NCBI GenBank assembly: GCA_038233435.1
Contig: JBBSLZ010000001.1
Coordinates: forward strand, 1 to 50,359
Reading direction: 5' to 3'
Length of the DNA: 50,359 nt
DNA from: Chthoniobacterales bacterium
GTDB lineage: Bacteria; Verrucomicrobiota; Verrucomicrobiia; Chthoniobacterales; UBA10450
The first letter of the stretch is position 1; every line of letters begins with the position of its first letter. Both the position numbers and the translations under genes were made by a program. Under the pieces are notes generated by a model. It had not been told where the DNA came from and made no database searches. It worked only from the letters and a program-made list of their open reading frames with translations. Positions 1 through 9,010 of the stretch are shown piece after piece.

Positions 1-58
1 CTCCTACTCCTACTCCTACTCCTACTCCTACTCCTACTCCTACTCCTACTCCTACTCC
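1..58. repeat. Perfect hexanucleotide tandem repeat (CTCCTA) x about 9.7, followed by (CCGAGC)x3
   Basis: Read directly from the sequence. The period of 6 nt equals two codons, so it encodes a (Pro-Thr)n run in the partial CDS. Confidence 0.95.
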
Positions 59-251
59 GAGCCCGAGCCCGAGCCCCGACGCCTCTCCCTCTCCCACGAC
101 GTCTCCAGAAGCCTCTCCCGCGCCGACATTTGCCTTCCCACTTCCCTCCGCCTCGCCCTCCCCGAGCGAAAGCCCCTCCGCGTCGCCCACTCCTTCCTCA
201 AGCAGCAGCCCGAAATCGAAAAAAGCGCGCCCGAGCTTAGCCCAATCATGA
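1..251 (+). CDS. 3' end of an upstream gene (5' partial at the window edge): Pro/Thr/Ser-rich low-complexity tail
   Basis: Frame 3 is open from the window edge to TGA 249-251. It translates as (PT)x9[25 protein letters not shown]...[18 protein letters not shown]. The stop overlaps the ATG at 248 of the next gene (ATGA). It is absent from the ORF track because no start codon lies in the window. Confidence 0.5.
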   Translation, partial: PTPTPTPTPTPTPTPTPTPSPSPSPDASPSPTTSPEASPAPTFAFPLPSASPSPSESPSASPTPSSSSSPKSKKARPSLAQS

Positions 252-1342
252 AAGCTCCCTGGCGCAGCAAACTCCTCTGGCTCGTCCTCGTCCTGGCCGT
301 CGCGCTCCTCGTCGTGCGCGCCCTGCTCCCCATTTGGGCGCGCGATTACGTCAACCGCAAGCTCACCGAAATGGAAGACTACCGCGGCCACGTCGCCGAC
401 GTAGACCTCCATCTCTGGCGCGGCGCCTACACCATTCACGGCATCGAGATCGTCAAGACCGGCGGCGGCCATGTCCCCGTGCCATTTTTCTCTGCGCCCA
501 CGATCGATCTCTCCGTGGAATGGAGAGCGCTCTTCGATGGCTCGTTCGTCGGCGAGATTCACCTCGAGCAGCCGAAACTGAACTTCGTCAATGGCAAAAC
601 CAAAGCGACCTCCCAAGTTGGCGTGGATCAATCCTGGACCGGAAAAATCGGCGAGCTCTTCCCGCTCAAGATCAACCGCGCCACCGCCCACAACGGCGAG
701 ATCCACTACCGCGATTTCAGCCGCAAGCCCAAGGTCGACGTCGAGATCGACCGCCTGCGCCTGATCGCCACTAACCTGACCAACAGCCGCAAACTTTCCG
801 AGACGCTCAACGCCAAAATCGAGATCGAAGGCCGCCCCCTCCGGGCCGGAAAGCTGCGGGCGAACATCGACATGGACCCCTACGCCGCGAAGCCGACCTT
901 TGCCTTGCAGTTGGAAATGGAATCGATCCCGCTGGTGAAGCTAAACGATTTCGCGAAGGCATACGCGGCCATCACCTTTGAAGCCGGCACCCTCCGTCTC
1001 GCCACCGAGATGAACACCAAGCAAGGCCGCTTCACCGGCTTCGTCGAGCCGGTCTTCGACAAGATGGCCATCTTCGATCCCGGCCACGATTCCGCTAACC
1101 CGATCGACTTCATCTGGCAGGGCATCGTGGGCGGTCTCACCCGCATCATCCGGAACCAGCCGAAAGATCGTTTCGGAACCAAAGTGCCGATCTCTGGCAG
1201 CTTCGACGATCCCGCGCCAGCCATTCTCGAAACCGTCTTCAACGTCTTCCGGAACGCCTTCGTTAAAGCCTTCGAAGGCAAGCTGGGGCACGACAACATC
1301 GATCTGGAGAAGCTCCAGGACGCGCCCGAGACGAAGAAGTAA
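248..1342 (+). CDS. Membrane-anchored DUF748/AsmA-like family protein
   Basis: 364-aa ORF with an N-terminal TM helix ([15 protein letters not shown]). The YVNRKL...[21 protein letters not shown] layout is as recalled for DUF748 proteins. The family call is from memory, not from a search. Confidence 0.5.
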   Translation: MKAPWRSKLLWLVLVLAVALLVVRALLPIWARDYVNRKLTEMEDYRGHVADVDLHLWRGAYTIHGIEIVKTGGGHVPVPFFSAPTIDLSVEWRALFDGSFVGEIHLEQPKLNFVNGKTKATSQVGVDQSWTGKIGELFPLKINRATAHNGEIHYRDFSRKPKVDVEIDRLRLIATNLTNSRKLSETLNAKIEIEGRPLRAGKLRANIDMDPYAAKPTFALQLEMESIPLVKLNDFAKAYAAITFEAGTLRLATEMNTKQGRFTGFVEPVFDKMAIFDPGHDSANPIDFIWQGIVGGLTRIIRNQPKDRFGTKVPISGSFDDPAPAILETVFNVFRNAFVKAFEGKLGHDNIDLEKLQDAPETKK

Positions 1343-1360
1343 CTGGCGCACTCGGGCATT

Positions 1361-1441
1361 GTAGCGACGGCGCTCTGTCGCCGTAAACACGCGTGGATTG
1401 CAGGGAACGCGCCCAAACGCCGACAGAGCGGCGTCGCTACA
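1361..1441. repeat. REP doublet (inverted pair) between convergent genes; possible bidirectional terminator
   Basis: GTAGCG-ACGGCG-ctctgt-CGCCGT at 1361-1384. The inverted copy at 1418-1441 reads GTAGCG-ACGCCG-ctctgt-CGGCGT on the other strand. The stem differs by a compensatory double change. Confidence 0.85.
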
Positions 1442-1491
1442 GTGCCCTCATCCCCTAAAGCAGGTCGCGCTCGAGAAAGCGCGCGCCACAC

Positions 1492-4400
1492 TTAACTCAA
1501 CAGCTCCTCCAAATCTTCCGTCGACAACCCGCTCATGAGCGGCTCCTCGCTTCCGATCACGCCTTCGCTCGCGCTCCGTTTCCGCTCCTGCAGCTTCGCG
1601 ATCTTCTCCTCCACCGTATCGCGCGCGATCAACTTGTAAGCCGTCACCACCCTCTTTTGCCCGATGCGATGCGCGCGATCCGTGGCCTGCGCTTCGGCGG
1701 CGTAGTTCCACCAAGGATCAAAGTGGATGACGGTGTCGGCCGCCGCGAGGTTCAAGCCGACGCCGCCGGCTTTCAAGCTCATGAGGAAGACGGGGATGGC
1801 GTCGTCGTTTTGGAATTGATCCACCACCGCCTGGCGTTCCTTCGTCCGGCCGTCAAGATAGGCGTAACGAATCTTCTGCTCCTCCAGGCGCGCGCGCAGC
1901 AGCGTAAGCATGGCGACGAATTGGCTAAAAATGAGCACGCGGTGCCCACCATCGATCGCTTCCTCCAGCAGCTCGTCGAGCAGGTCGAGCTTGGCGGAGT
2001 CTGCCCCCGTGGCGCATGCGTCCCGCTTGCGTTCCCCCGCCACGCGCAAGCGAGACGCATGCGCCACGTCCAGCAGTCGCAGGTCGCAGCAGACCTGCCG
2101 CAGGCGGAGCAATCCCACCAACATCTTCATGCGCCCCGCCCCGGCATTACCGCCAATGGTGGTCGTTAGGCCGGTTTGGATTTCGCGCAGGAGACCGTCG
2201 TAGGCTGCGCGCTGCGGCGGGGTCAGATCGCATACCACCACCTGTTCTATTTTCTCCGGCAGATCCTTCGCCACTTCCGATTTCTTGCGCCGTAAAAGGA
2301 AAGGCCGCAGCCGCCGCGCCAGTCGGCGCTGCACTTCTGGTGCGGGTCCGCGCGCGAGTGGTTGCTCGTAGCGTTCCCGGAAGTCGACCCGAATGCCCAG
2401 GTAGCCCGGCTGCACGAAATTCATCAGCGACCAAAGATCGCGCACCGAGTTTTCCATCGGCGTGCCGGTTAGGACAAAACGATGCCGCGCGCGGAGGGAA
2501 AAAGCCGCCTGCGCGTTCTGCGTATCGGGGTTTTTGATATGCTGCGCCTCATCCAGAATCGCGCTGGAGAATTGCAGGTTGTCGTAGTTTTCGGTGTCGC
2601 GTTGCAGAAGCGCGTAGCTGGTCAGCACGATCTGCGCGTCCGGGATCTCGGCGAAACGGGCGTGGCGCTCCGGTCCATCGAGCAGGAGCACGCGCAACTC
2701 CGGCGTGAAACGGCGCGCTTCGTTTTCCCAGTTGGTCAGGAGCGAGGTCGGGCAGACGATCAGCGCCGGCTCGCGGGCGGCTTGCGCGCGCAGGAACGCG
2801 AGCGTTTGCACAGTTTTCCCCAGGCCCATTTCGTCCGCGAGGATGCCGCCGAGATTGTTGCGCGCGAGGCGGACAAGCCATTCCACGCCTAGACGCTGAT
2901 AATCGCGCAGCTTCTCGTCGAGATCGCCGAGCGCGAGGTCGCCGACCGGTTTCTGCGTGGTCAAGCCGCGCAAGGCGGCGCCCATATCCTGCGCCGTTTC
3001 CGCAAGGTAAGCGGCGTGGCTGCGCGCGATGCGATAGGTGCCGGGCTGGCTTTGGCGTGGATCACAATCGCGCAAGACCTCTTCAAAATCCGAAATCGCA
3101 TCCGAGTCGAAAACGGCGGTGCGACCGCTACGCAGCCGGGTTTTGCTTTGGCCCGAGCGGAGCAGGCGCTGGAGCTCGGTGGCGGAAAACATCTCGCCAT
3201 CGGCGGTGCCGAGCGAGTAGCGCAGCTCGAACCAATCGGTCCCGGAACCGACTACCTCCATCTTCGGAGTGAGCGGTTGCAGATCGCCGCTCGCCTTGGT
3301 TGCAGTGGCGGAGAGATGGACTTCCCACTCCTGCTCCAGGCGCGGGCGTTGAAAGGCGAAGAAGCGCGCGATCTGATCTTCGTCCTGCAGAATAAAGCGG
3401 TCGCCGCGTGTGCCGAAACCAAGCGCGCGGAGGCGCGTCACGGCGGCCACTTCGGCCGATGTATCGCGGAGAAGGATGGCGTCGTCGCTCGCCTCGCGGA
3501 CGAAGGCCGATTCGTCCTTCCGCGGCTCGGCGCTCAGCCGATGCGCCGCGTTCGCATACCTGGCGGATAACTCGCCGCGCAACTCCCGGAGGGAGCCTTC
3601 GAGATTAAGCACGAATTTCGGCGTGGCAAAGCGCACCTCCGGCAGGACGAAATCGCTTTCGACGACAAACCAGGCGGCGAGCCGCGGGGCCGTGGCAATC
3701 AGAAACTTCTGCGCGCTCTCACCGCGCCAGGTGATGCCGCCTTCGGCCAGCGCCCGCAGCTCACCCGGCAGATTTTCGGCCAACGGGAGGAAGGAAGCGT
3801 CGCGAAAGATCCACGCTTCTTCCTCAGCGACGAGCAGCCGCTCCTCGCCCGCGGCGGCCAGCTCCATCGTCACCGAAGAAGAATCAGCGCGCTTCAAGTA
3901 CAGCCGCGGCTGGAAAATTTCGGTCGCGATGCGCGCCGCTTTCGTCTTGCCAAAGGTGACGCGGGGATGCCCGCGCAAGCGGCCGAGCAGGCGGAGAAAA
4001 TCCGGCCGCGAGAAGGTGCGCATCGCGTCGACGCGGCTGAGTTCATCGAGGGCGGCCAGATCGTGCGCATCGCAGGCGTAGGTCTCGTTAGGCGAGAGCG
4101 TCGCCGGCATCGCGCGCTGGCCGTTTCGCTCCACTTCGGTGACGAGCATGATCTGCTTTTGCGACCAGGCGGATTCGAACTGGGGCGGCAGGATGAAATG
4201 GAACGCGAGGGCGGGTACGTCCGCGCTTCCGAGTTCGACAAACTTCGGCCCAGGGGCGGGTTGGCTCGCGGGGGCGGCGGAAGTCGCGCGCAGATCGTTG
4301 GAGCCGGCCCGGCCCCGGGCCGAACTCTCTTCTTGCGCACGCTTTATCCATTCCAGCCCGACCGCAAGCGAGTGCGCACAGATTTTCCCCCACTGGCGCG

Positions 4401-4626
4401 ATTCCCGACAGGTGCAGATGTTTTCGACATCGGAGAAGGTGGTCACGCGCAATCCGGAGCGCAGGGTGCGCAGTCCATCCTTGACCATCCCGGCCACGAG
4501 CGGTGGCTCGTAGCTGGCTTCGAGGACGCGCCCGGCGGCGTGCAGACTCTGGGCGGCTTTCATGGCCGGCCAGCCGCCTGCGTTTACGAGCAACTTCTGA
4601 TTAATGGGAACTGCGGCATCGGCCAT
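1492..4626 (-). CDS. SNF2-family DEAD/DEAH-box helicase with N-terminal SWIM zinc finger
   Basis: 1044-aa ORF. SWIM CxC...CxH motif (CTCRESRQWGKICAHSLAV). Helicase motif I LADEMGLGKT, motif II DEAQHIKN, and C-terminal helicase motifs (FSQF..., DPWWN, QATDRAHRIGQ). Confidence 0.9.
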   Translation of the reverse strand: MADAAVPINQKLLVNAGGWPAMKAAQSLHAAGRVLEASYEPPLVAGMVKDGLRTLRSGLRVTTFSDVENICTCRESRQWGKICAHSLAVGLEWIKRAQEESSARGRAGSNDLRATSAAPASQPAPGPKFVELGSADVPALAFHFILPPQFESAWSQKQIMLVTEVERNGQRAMPATLSPNETYACDAHDLAALDELSRVDAMRTFSRPDFLRLLGRLRGHPRVTFGKTKAARIATEIFQPRLYLKRADSSSVTMELAAAGEERLLVAEEEAWIFRDASFLPLAENLPGELRALAEGGITWRGESAQKFLIATAPRLAAWFVVESDFVLPEVRFATPKFVLNLEGSLRELRGELSARYANAAHRLSAEPRKDESAFVREASDDAILLRDTSAEVAAVTRLRALGFGTRGDRFILQDEDQIARFFAFQRPRLEQEWEVHLSATATKASGDLQPLTPKMEVVGSGTDWFELRYSLGTADGEMFSATELQRLLRSGQSKTRLRSGRTAVFDSDAISDFEEVLRDCDPRQSQPGTYRIARSHAAYLAETAQDMGAALRGLTTQKPVGDLALGDLDEKLRDYQRLGVEWLVRLARNNLGGILADEMGLGKTVQTLAFLRAQAAREPALIVCPTSLLTNWENEARRFTPELRVLLLDGPERHARFAEIPDAQIVLTSYALLQRDTENYDNLQFSSAILDEAQHIKNPDTQNAQAAFSLRARHRFVLTGTPMENSVRDLWSLMNFVQPGYLGIRVDFRERYEQPLARGPAPEVQRRLARRLRPFLLRRKKSEVAKDLPEKIEQVVVCDLTPPQRAAYDGLLREIQTGLTTTIGGNAGAGRMKMLVGLLRLRQVCCDLRLLDVAHASRLRVAGERKRDACATGADSAKLDLLDELLEEAIDGGHRVLIFSQFVAMLTLLRARLEEQKIRYAYLDGRTKERQAVVDQFQNDDAIPVFLMSLKAGGVGLNLAAADTVIHFDPWWNYAAEAQATDRAHRIGQKRVVTAYKLIARDTVEEKIAKLQERKRSASEGVIGSEEPLMSGLSTEDLEELLS

Positions 4627-4638
4627 CGCGCGCTCACT

Positions 4639-5267
4639 CTAGAGCGTCTTCAGGTATTCAAGCAGATTCTCTTTCTTCTTCCGGCGTAAGGGTGGTGCCG
4701 TAGAGATGGCCGCCATTCCCGTTCGCCCGGCGGCTGGTCTCGAAGAGGAAGAACGGCTGATGGGGCTCGCCGGCGGAAGCCGGGCTGATTGATCAGGCCC
4801 GCCACCCGGAAACGATCGGCGCACGGATACTTCCGGTTATCCAAAGCTTTGAGCAGATCCATCATCTCGTAGCCGCCCTGCGCCACGCGATTCCAGAAGT
4901 GTTCGTTCCCGGCCGACCAGAGATTCCAGGCATTTCGACCCATGATCTCGTCGGGCGTGAGCGCGATTCCGCCATCCATTTTTTGGAACACATCCGCGGC
5001 CACCTGGGGGAAACCGGCGGTCGATTTGCCGGCGAGTTTGGCTTCGTCCTTGTAGGTTTTCTGCCAGCAGCCCGTGCTCAAAGCGAGCGGCAGCGCGAAT
5101 GCGCAAGCCCGTGCTCCGACTCGTCGGAAAAGCTTCACAGCAAGCCGATTGTCTTGGGAACTAAGGTTCCCGGCAAGCACATTTTCGCGTCGCGCGCGCC
5201 CCCGGTGAAAGAGGCGGCTGATCGTGCCGATAAAAACTGTTTTTATGGCATTGACGGATTCGTTCAT
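4639..5267 (-). pseudogene. Decayed lipoprotein / cytochrome-c(-peroxidase)-like gene relic
   Basis: The N-terminal part is intact, with a lipobox (LALSTGC) and GRNAWNLWSAGNEHFWNRV. After ...GLINQPGF the sensible reading needs two frame changes within about 200 nt (EPHQPFFLFETSRRANGNGGHLYGTTLTPEE, then KKENLLEYLKTL*). That tail resembles a haem-protein C-terminus. The total is far too short for such a protein, so a large internal deletion is implied. Confidence 0.4.
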
Positions 5268-5316
5268 GCCCCTTCAGGATGAGCGTCGGTGGACAATTTT
5301 TCTGGAAAACACTGAA

Positions 5317-6474
5317 ATGAATCCCCGCCAATCCGTCACTCGCAACCCTCAAGAGCGCCAGAACCAGACACTCAGAGCATGTTTTCGCCCGTCCAGGCTT
5401 TTTATGAGGGCTGGTTTAATCGGGGTTTTTCTTGGCTCGATGCTTTGCAGGATGGAGACGGCATGCGCGGGCGTGACGTTTGATCTGCAGGCCGAGAATA
5501 ACATTCCGCTGTTGCCTTACGGAGAGGATCGAATGCGGGTCCGGTTCAGCACCGTCGGCGCGGGCAATGGCAACGAAGTAGAGTTTATCGTAAGTAATCG
5601 CTCAGCCGGCGAAAAGTGGGAGGCCGCCGAGTTCTGGGGCGTCTACTGGGACGTGCCGCCCGTGAGTGGCACGGCGGTACTCAATTCATTCGGCACCCCT
5701 CTTCGCTTCACCGCGACCGCAGAGAAAGCACCCGACAGGCCATGGCAACAGGTGATTTTAGTCAGACTAAGCTATTTCCCCAACGGCGCTCCACCGGCTA
5801 ACATCACTCCAGGCGATCAGAAAGTGGGAGGTAGCTCGTGCGGATCCAGCGCCGGGATGGCGCGCTACACGGTCGATGCCAAAGAAGTGAGCTTGAATGT
5901 GCAAGATACTCCGATCGGATATTCGCCCCCACGGGGGCCAGCGATGAATTTCACTGTCACCTATAATCAACGGGCGGACCCACCACCGTTAGCGTTCAAC
6001 TACTCCAACTTGGGGCCGAAATGGACCACAAATTGGGTTTCGTACGTGGTTGAGGATGCGCCCGATCAACGACCATCTACGAAAGTTTTCGTGCCCGGCG
6101 GAGGCGCGGAAGCGTACTCGTATCAGTTGCCTTCCACGACGTCGGCACCGCACCCACAGAGTCACGCCATCCTTGTGCGACTTGAGGCCGGAAGTTACGA
6201 AAGGCGCCTCCCCGACGGTTCCAAGCAAGTCTATGCCAAAACAGACAACGGCGCTGGCTACCCCAGGAAGGTATTCATGACTGAGTGGATTGACCCCACC
6301 GGCAGCTCCGCAACGCTCAGATACGATGATAACAACTCCCCATTTCCTCTGCGTCTAAAAGGGATGATCGATGATCTGGGCCAGGAAACAACGCTCAGCT
6401 ACAACGAGGCTGATGATCCGTATACCGCGAATACGATTCAAATCGGCGATTGTCCCCAAAGTGAAGGATCCTGA
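5317..6474 (+). CDS. Rhs/YD-repeat toxin, N-terminal segment (frame 1), interrupted by a frameshift
   Basis: A signal/TM-like N-terminus (MRAGLIGVFLGSMLC) lies downstream of ATG 5317. It contains the Rhs N-terminal region (SLNVQDTPIGYSPPRGPAMNFTVTYNQR...NLGPKWTTNW) and a first YD-like repeat (DDLGQETTLSYNE). The frame ends at 6474 while the repeats continue in frame 2. The start codon is uncertain (5224, 5317 or 5404). Confidence 0.7.
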   Translation: MNPRQSVTRNPQERQNQTLRACFRPSRLFMRAGLIGVFLGSMLCRMETACAGVTFDLQAENNIPLLPYGEDRMRVRFSTVGAGNGNEVEFIVSNRSAGEKWEAAEFWGVYWDVPPVSGTAVLNSFGTPLRFTATAEKAPDRPWQQVILVRLSYFPNGAPPANITPGDQKVGGSSCGSSAGMARYTVDAKEVSLNVQDTPIGYSPPRGPAMNFTVTYNQRADPPPLAFNYSNLGPKWTTNWVSYVVEDAPDQRPSTKVFVPGGGAEAYSYQLPSTTSAPHPQSHAILVRLEAGSYERRLPDGSKQVYAKTDNGAGYPRKVFMTEWIDPTGSSATLRYDDNNSPFPLRLKGMIDDLGQETTLSYNEADDPYTANTIQIGDCPQSEGS

Positions 6475-9010
6475 GAATCGCATCACGCAATACGACTGGT
6501 GTTCGTGCGGCTCGCTCGGGAGCATCACCGACGCCTTGAATCGCACCACGACCTTTTACCGTGATCTGCAGGGCCGCGTGACACGCAAGGAGTATGGGGA
6601 GATTAATGGGGGACAGGGAGTTAATTATCTTTACGAAGGCCAGACGCCGACAAATCCTGTCGGCTCGACCGGCCGTCTCGCTTCGATGACGGATGCGAAG
6701 GGGCAGCGGACGAACTATCGATACGGCATCGACGATAATATCGAAGAAATTAGTTACACAGATTCTTCCGGCGCTCCGCTCTATCCCGTTACGCCGAACG
6801 TCTCCTACGGTTATGATCCGAATTACAGCCGGCTTACGTCGATGGACGATGGCACAGGCCACACGGATTATTCCTATCATTCAGTGGGCTCTGGCGCGGC
6901 CCTTGGAGCCAGTCGGCTCGCAACAGTAGACGGGCCGCTCGGTGACGATGTGATTAGGTACACCTACGACGAGCTGGGGCGCATAGGAAGTGATTCCGTC
7001 AACGGGACAGGTACGAGCATGATCTACGATGCTTTGGGCCGAATCACCAAGACGACCACTCCCGTTCTCGGCGGAGATTTCCCCCGCACCTACGATTACG
7101 TGACGGCTCGACTCGAATCAGTCACAGCTCCAAATGGCCAGGTGGCGACCTATCATTATTTGGGCGGGACCCAAGACCGCCGGCTCGAATACATGGAGAG
7201 CCGCCAGAGCGGAGGGACAAATTTGTCGCGCTTCGACTACACCTACGACCCGGAAGGCGAGATCAAGTCGTGGACGAAGCTGTTGGGCGCCGCTTCCTCA
7301 GGCCTCTGGTTCCAATACGACGACGCCCAGCAACTGCGAGGCGTCCAAAACGCTGCCAACGCGAACCTTTCTACTGCCGACTCCGTCTTCGACTATGATA
7401 AGGCTGGAAACCGGACGCTCGACTCGCTGACGAATCCGCAGCTCGCGGTCCCCAACGGCGCGGTGCATGCATACACTTCCAATGAATTGAATCAGCTCAC
7501 TGATGTCACCCACACGGTCAACGGGGTTATTTCCGATACTTTCCCGATTCTGTACGATCTGAATGGCAACATGACCTACGATCCGGCCGGTAAAACGTTC
7601 GAGTGGGATGCGGCCAACCGGCTGATTGCGATCAATTACATCAATAACGGAAAACGCTCCGAATTCGCCTACGACGGGGCGAACCGGCGGACGAAAATAA
7701 CGGAGAAAGGCGCGGGGCAGACGGCGGTCGCGCAGCCGGCCGGGAATGCCTACAGCGATTTTGCCACCGCGGCCTTCAGCGCCACGGCGGGAAATTATAC
7801 CATCCGGTTCGAGGGCCTCGAAGCTGCAATGGGGAGTGCGGTTCTGATCGACGAGGTGCGTTTAAATAACGTTCTGGTCGGCAATGGAAGCTTCGAGACG
7901 CCAGAGCCCCTCGGAGACGAAGGGGAGGTTTACAATCCAGCCGGCGCCAGTTGGACGTTTGAGGGCGACGCAGGGGTAGCCCGGGCTTGGAGCGGGCTGA
8001 CCGACGGGAACGCGAGTGCGCCGGGAGGCGCGCAGGTGGGTTTTGTGCAAGGTGATTCGGGCGTGATTCGGCAAACGGTCAACCTCGGCGCCGGAGCCTA
8101 CACGCTGGCATTCAAAGCGGCGCAGAGCGCGGGGAACAAGATGCCGCAGCGGGTGCGGGTGACGATTGAGAAGATCGGCCAGAGCATGAGCGTGCAGCGG
8201 TATGTTTGGGATGGGACGAGGATCGCGGAAGAGCGCGATGGCACCGGGGCGAATGTGACAAAACGGTTCTATCCGGACGGCGAGCAGCGTTTAAACGAGA
8301 AGACCCTGGCCATGGAGCCGTTCTTCTACACCCGCGACCACCTCGGAAGCATCCGCGAAATGACCGATGCGAGCGGGGCACTACGGGCGCGCTACGATTA
8401 CGAAGTCTGGGGCAATTCGGCCGTCGTGGAGGGCGACATGAGCCTGGACTTCGGCTACACTGGGCATTATTTCCACGCGCCCAGCGGGCTGAATTTAACG
8501 CTTTATCGAGCCTACGGCCCGGCTATGGGACGTTGGCTAAGCCGCGATCCTATCGGCGAGGCAGGCGGGATCAATCTGTATGGATACGTGGATAATAGAC
8601 CTTTGACCCACATCGATCCCGAAGGACTAGCGAGTCTAAATCTCTTTGAACCTACTGATCCACTTCATACTTATGCTAATCGCCAGCCTTCGACACCTGG
8701 TATCTTCAATGTAGCCGGACATGGAGGGCCCGGCTACGCATGGGATTCGAACAGCTCTTTGTTGCCTCCCGTGAAGCTGGCAAACCTGATTCTTACATCG
8801 CCGAATTATCATCCTGGCGACGTCCTTGTCCTCGATGTCTGCGACGCCGCTACGCCGCGGTCTGATGGAAAACCGAGCTATGCTGAAGCCGTTGCAAACG
8901 CCTTGGGAAGACCGTTGTTCGCACCGAATACTAAGGTAACATACGATGGAAATGGCCACGTTGCACCCTCGGGAGACAATGGTGGCTATCTAAAGGTCAA
9001 ACCCCGTTGA
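6371..9010 (+). CDS. Rhs/YD-repeat toxin, main body with RHS core and C-terminal toxin tip (frame 2)
   Basis: Many YD repeats (YDALGR, YTYDELGR, YDPAGK, FAYDGANRR). RHS-associated core: YDYEVWGN...GYTGHYFHAPSGLNLTLYRAYGPAMGRWLSRDPIGEAGGINLYGYVDNRPLTHIDPEGL. A 126-aa tip follows. The real coding sequence probably joins the previous ORF near 6440-6460 rather than starting at 6371. Confidence 0.85.
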   Translation: MIWARKQRSATTRLMIRIPRIRFKSAIVPKVKDPENRITQYDWCSCGSLGSITDALNRTTTFYRDLQGRVTRKEYGEINGGQGVNYLYEGQTPTNPVGSTGRLASMTDAKGQRTNYRYGIDDNIEEISYTDSSGAPLYPVTPNVSYGYDPNYSRLTSMDDGTGHTDYSYHSVGSGAALGASRLATVDGPLGDDVIRYTYDELGRIGSDSVNGTGTSMIYDALGRITKTTTPVLGGDFPRTYDYVTARLESVTAPNGQVATYHYLGGTQDRRLEYMESRQSGGTNLSRFDYTYDPEGEIKSWTKLLGAASSGLWFQYDDAQQLRGVQNAANANLSTADSVFDYDKAGNRTLDSLTNPQLAVPNGAVHAYTSNELNQLTDVTHTVNGVISDTFPILYDLNGNMTYDPAGKTFEWDAANRLIAINYINNGKRSEFAYDGANRRTKITEKGAGQTAVAQPAGNAYSDFATAAFSATAGNYTIRFEGLEAAMGSAVLIDEVRLNNVLVGNGSFETPEPLGDEGEVYNPAGASWTFEGDAGVARAWSGLTDGNASAPGGAQVGFVQGDSGVIRQTVNLGAGAYTLAFKAAQSAGNKMPQRVRVTIEKIGQSMSVQRYVWDGTRIAEERDGTGANVTKRFYPDGEQRLNEKTLAMEPFFYTRDHLGSIREMTDASGALRARYDYEVWGNSAVVEGDMSLDFGYTGHYFHAPSGLNLTLYRAYGPAMGRWLSRDPIGEAGGINLYGYVDNRPLTHIDPEGLASLNLFEPTDPLHTYANRQPSTPGIFNVAGHGGPGYAWDSNSSLLPPVKLANLILTSPNYHPGDVLVLDVCDAATPRSDGKPSYAEAVANALGRPLFAPNTKVTYDGNGHVAPSGDNGGYLKVKPR
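8630..9007 (+). other. Variable C-terminal toxin domain of the Rhs protein (family not recognised)
   Basis: It begins immediately after the DPxGL cleavage motif. Sampled 60-nt lines give about 47% G+C, against about 65% in neighbouring genes. It contains VAGHG (His codon 8720-8722) and LVLDVC (Cys codon 8840-8842). Confidence 0.7.

Noticed and set aside
1492-4626. SWIM/SNF2 helicase as part of a phage-defence system (DISARM, BREX or similar)
   Set aside because: No methyltransferase, PLD/nuclease, DUF1998 or other partner genes are adjacent. The neighbours are a DUF748-like protein and a gene relic. Stand-alone SWIM-SNF2 proteins are common housekeeping genes. A defence role cannot be supported from this window.
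5224-5316. Upstream Met codons as the start of the Rhs gene
   Set aside because: The 5224-5316 stretch overlaps the 5' end of the minus-strand relic and gives a non-hydrophobic, unlikely leader. The signal-like segment follows the Met codons at 5317 and 5404. The exact start remains uncertain.
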